A stretch of 64,000 nucleotides of DNA from the NCBI GenBank assembly GCA_030141605.1, contig JAQGDQ010000428.1, positions 62,001 to 126,000 on the forward strand, read 5' to 3'. This document shows, in pieces, positions 60,379 to 64,000 of this stretch (positions are counted from its first letter, which is position 1; each line of letters opens with the position of its first letter). The position numbers and the translations under genes are program-made. The notes below the pieces were generated by a model. That model searched no databases, was not told the origin of the DNA, and saw nothing but the letters and a program-made list of their open reading frames with translations. This DNA is from Tubiluchus corallicola (Eukaryota; Animalia; Priapulida).

Positions 60379-60768
60379 CCGGGCCGGATTATGGCCGTTT
60401 GGAGCCCCTAAGCTAATGAAATTATCCGGCCTCCTTGAGATGGAGCCACCCTCTAATCGCACTCGTTTCGAATATTTTTATTTGTGATATAGTTTAGCAA
60501 CATTTGCATAGCTGGGGCCCCAAATTTCAAATGAAGGCCTTCAAAGAGGGGCCGTTATCTCAATAAAAGGCCTCAAACAAAGGCCCTTTGCCTCAAATAA
60601 AAGGCCTCAAACAGGGATACTTTATCTCAATTGAGGAGTCACTTTGAAATTGGATTTTCAGATTTCCTGGCCTTGTTACATGAATTATTCAGCAATGCAC
60701 AAAGTACGGGACCCCAAGCTGGGGTCTACGCCGCAGCTTATACTAGCCTATAGGGTAATCCAACCCTG
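60379..60768. mobile_element. hAT-like MITE (CAGGGCCGGATTA family), copy 2
   Basis: Ends CCGGGCCGGATTA / TAATCCAACCCTG; flanks TGTATTTG / CTTATTTG (6 of 8); shares CTAATGAAATTAT and CACCCTCTA with copy 1; internal AATAAAAGGCCTCAAACA duplication. Confidence 0.8.
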
Positions 60769-61551
60769 CTTATTTGACATGCACCACTCATATATACTCA
60801 ACTATCATAATAATGATGGGTACCGTTAAAAGTACGACCACATTGCTGAATGAGCTTTCATATGAGTTCAGTCTGGGTAGCTACATGCTTTACATGCTTA
60901 TACTGATTGGTACTAAATATACACTCTTTTTAAATCAACTATAAAACTGGCACTTGACAGAAAAATGCAGGAAACTGTTTATACGTAATTAAGGAAAGCC
61001 CTCTTTTTTAGTTTTATAGTACCATTGAAGTATAGCACACTAGTTTGACAGAGCTGTAAACTCACATGGTGAAATGAAACAAGATGAAGTAAGTATGCAT
61101 GCTCAATTCAGCAACATAACTAAGAAAATGCAATAATAACTTTGCCACTATCAGCTTCAGGCAATATACACTGAGAACAGGTTTGCTAAAAATTTTAGCA
61201 TGGAATAATCGTGATACTTATTAGTTTCTTTTCTTTAAAGTCAGAGTATGTAGCTAAAGAAACTTTTTTCAACTCCAACACCACAAGTATTAAACAAGCA
61301 GCCTCGAAACCCACCATTAAGTAGTCGTCTGACCATCAATGAACAGTATTGAACATATCACAATACAAAATTGGGACAATTGACAACGTAGCAGCACCTT
61401 GAATGATAAATAGCAATGTATTTTGCAACTATATATCAGGTAAATTGTGTTTAAAATGCGATTTTCAAGCAGTAAATAAAAATAATATGCATAAGGCCAT
61501 CTGTACTAACTTATTTGACTATTTCTCTGGTATACTAAGTGTCTGACACCT

Positions 61552-61956
61552 CAGGGGTGAGCATTCTCTACCAGAAAGCGAATTCGAATCGAACCGAATT
61601 TGTGACTTTCGAATTCGAATCGAACCGAACTTCAGTGTTTCGAATTCGAATTGAGATCGAAAGATTCTCGAACAAGTTTTCGAACCACCAGCAAAAATTC
61701 GAACCACCAGTCTTACAAAGATCATGCATATCACTAGATTTTCTTCTGCAATAAAACGACTAGTAATTTCTTTAAAATTGTGTGCAGAAATCACAGCTAA
61801 ATTATGCTAATTGTATGATGTTTCAATCGTTTTAGTGATAAAGAACATGTGTGATTGAAGTGCTGAATTATTCGAATCTATAGTTTTGGATTCGAATCGA
61901 GTTCGAACTAAAAAAACTCGTTCGAATCGAACTCGAACGTTTGATGTTCACCCCTA
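61552..61956. mobile_element. hAT-like MITE with TTCGAA(T) subterminal repeats
   Basis: TIRs CAGGGGTGAGCAT / ATGTTCACCCCTA; many TTCGAATCGAA repeats at both ends; no clear TSD. Confidence 0.8.
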
Positions 61957-62776
61957 ATTACCAGCTAAAATCTTTTGCAAGAATATATTGTAAAAGTTCA
62001 TCCCAAAAAAGCTTAATTAAATTTTTCACAAAACCGTATTGGAAGAAAGCTCGTTCAACTGCACGGCAACCCTAACAACACCCCTCTGAAGACCAGAAGT
62101 TTTTTGTAGCAAGACAGTACTGTATTTCTTATTGTGAAAATTAATATGTATTGTACACTTAGTCACGTAGATGTACACTGAAAATTTGACACTGAAACAG
62201 ACCTTGTAAAGCACTTAATTGATGGCACTCTGAGTAAATTTGGCAGATTTGAAAGTTCATATAATGTACTTCAAGTTTTGACAAGTTTGAAAGTTATTTC
62301 CCATTTGCCACTTAATTCTTTGAGAGATAAGTCACTGTGGAAGAGTGATGTTAAATTCCTCTTCAAATTCAGCTTGACTGTATAGAAATAAATGACTCGC
62401 GTTGCCTAGTTAGTATCTAAGCAGTTTCTGTATGAATAGCTATTTTGCATCTACCTAATTTGCATTTTCTTATCTATTGAACAAGCCTATAATATTTAAG
62501 ACATTAATAATTTACATCTTATGTATACAATTTAAATTTGCATAGTGATGCAGAAAACTGTCACAATGCTGAAAGAAGGATTCAAAGCTGAATACAGCAG
62601 CTCATCTACAAAGCATTGCTAAACTACAAAGCAAGTAACAAAATCCAGTTAGCTAAATTGTCATCTATCCAGTAGCAAAATAAGTTATACCACACTCACT
62701 TTACAAACGCATCTTAACCAAGCATAGTTACTGTAAATAAGTCAATAAGTAAGCGCAAAACATATTGAAAGACTTG

Positions 62777-62916
62777 TCACTGAAATCTCACACCATTAGG
62801 ACTGGCAGAATTATTGTTTGAGGAGTTTGATCGAGACACTAGACTGTTGAGAGAGTTTGTACTTCCTGATGCATTTACGTGTGGAAGTTTGTCAAGAACC
62901 GACTTTGCACATTGAC
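62777..62916 (-). CDS. Probable 3' coding exon of an unidentified gene entering from beyond the window
   Basis: Acceptor tatattttccag; only one frame open: (G)QCAKSVLDKLPHVNASGSTNSLNSLVSRSNSSNNNSASPNGVRFQ*; downstream DNA is T-rich on the minus strand like a 3'UTR. Confidence 0.5.
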
Positions 62917-64000
62917 CTGGAAAATATAGATTTATAAAATGGAAATGTTTGCATAGTAAAAGACTAGCTAGTGTAAGCCTAAGCTGACCAATAGCTTTCA
63001 AAAGTATTTCAGTATCTTAACAATAAAATAATGCTAATTTTAATTATATTGCAAAGTAATTTAGCAAAGAAATTGCAATCGAATCCCGATAATATGATTC
63101 AGCTTACAACAAAACTCCCAGTAGTACGATGATTTTATTATATTCCTGCAAAGGTTATAATAAAACCTATATGATCACTGATGATTACTGCAAAATGCCG
63201 CCTTATACAATGTTTTCCCAAAGTCCCGCCAGTATAATTTTAACCTAAGCAAACACTTGTAATCAGATTTTCAGTTTGATGATTATTGATTATTGACTTG
63301 TTCGGTTCTAATGGAAACAGCTCTGATGACGGATGGTTAAATAATTACCGATATGTTCACTGGTCAAAAGATGACCAGCATAGAGACTACTGATGTCAGT
63401 AAATTTCTGCTACTTCACATTAGAGTAATTTTGACTTCTAGTAAAAATGCACATAATGGATAGTACAAAGTACGCTTAATATGAAAAATATTTTGAAAAT
63501 TGTATTACCAGGATTCGACTTACTCATAATATTTAATTTTAGCATAAACTACATGATCTAGACTGTTAGTACAACACAACAACAACACTTCTGAAAAGCT
63601 TTCTTGAAAACAGGTGCAGTGTCCCTATTAAATACGACTGGACTGAAAATATATATAATGAACCGACAAATCAGAAAAATGATTTTTTAACTAAAAACCC
63701 AGATTTCTTTTAACCAATCACCACTAATCTAAAGAAATATAAAAACAATCTACTAGGACACATACAAATGCTCAACAATAAACACAATTCGTAAATAAAA
63801 ACACGTGATGCAATTATGTTACATAATTAACAACATTAAATTTCACTAATTTCTTTCAAAAAAAAAACAGCTAATTTTCACAAAACAGTCAATTGTAAAA
63901 ATGCAACTTACATCACGTCAAAACTTCCAAGCTACTGAGCAAAACAAAATTAATGAAACTATAGCAATCACACATTAATTTCTATAAATAGTAAAACTTA

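Noticed and set aside
61519-61794. Overlapping ORFs on both strands
   Set aside because: Caused by palindromic TTCGAA repeats of a MITE

Overview
AT-rich eukaryotic DNA from an invertebrate animal (GT-AG introns, metazoan genes, patchy CpG depletion); the species cannot be determined from the sequence. Gene order: intronless calcyphosin-like gene (+, 551-1165); PEX3 with an intronless CDS (-, 5923-7032); a 16-coding-exon TPX2 (+, 10916-25664, about 1020 aa, with a 17-nt N gap in exon 4); a 7-exon ceramide synthase 1 (+, 27496-39507, about 388 aa, with a possible alternative C-terminus); sprouty (+, CDS 48966-49841, one 5'UTR intron) followed by about 8 kb of CpG-retaining non-coding DNA; and probably the 3' end of an unidentified minus-strand gene (about 62.8-63.4 kb). 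Introns and intergenic DNA hold a decayed LINE with a nested MITE and several hAT-, Kolobok- and Mutator/Merlin-like non-autonomous elements. Exon models were assembled by hand from splice consensus, phase continuity and recalled similarity to vertebrate orthologues; no searches were run. I found no convincing wholly new biological system. The best leads are a serum-response-element-like sprouty promoter, a large RSxS-repeat insertion in TPX2, two adjacent intronless genes, alternative CerS1 tails, CERS1 without a linked GDF1, a perfect TISU element, and a MITE pair that may record mosaic methylation.
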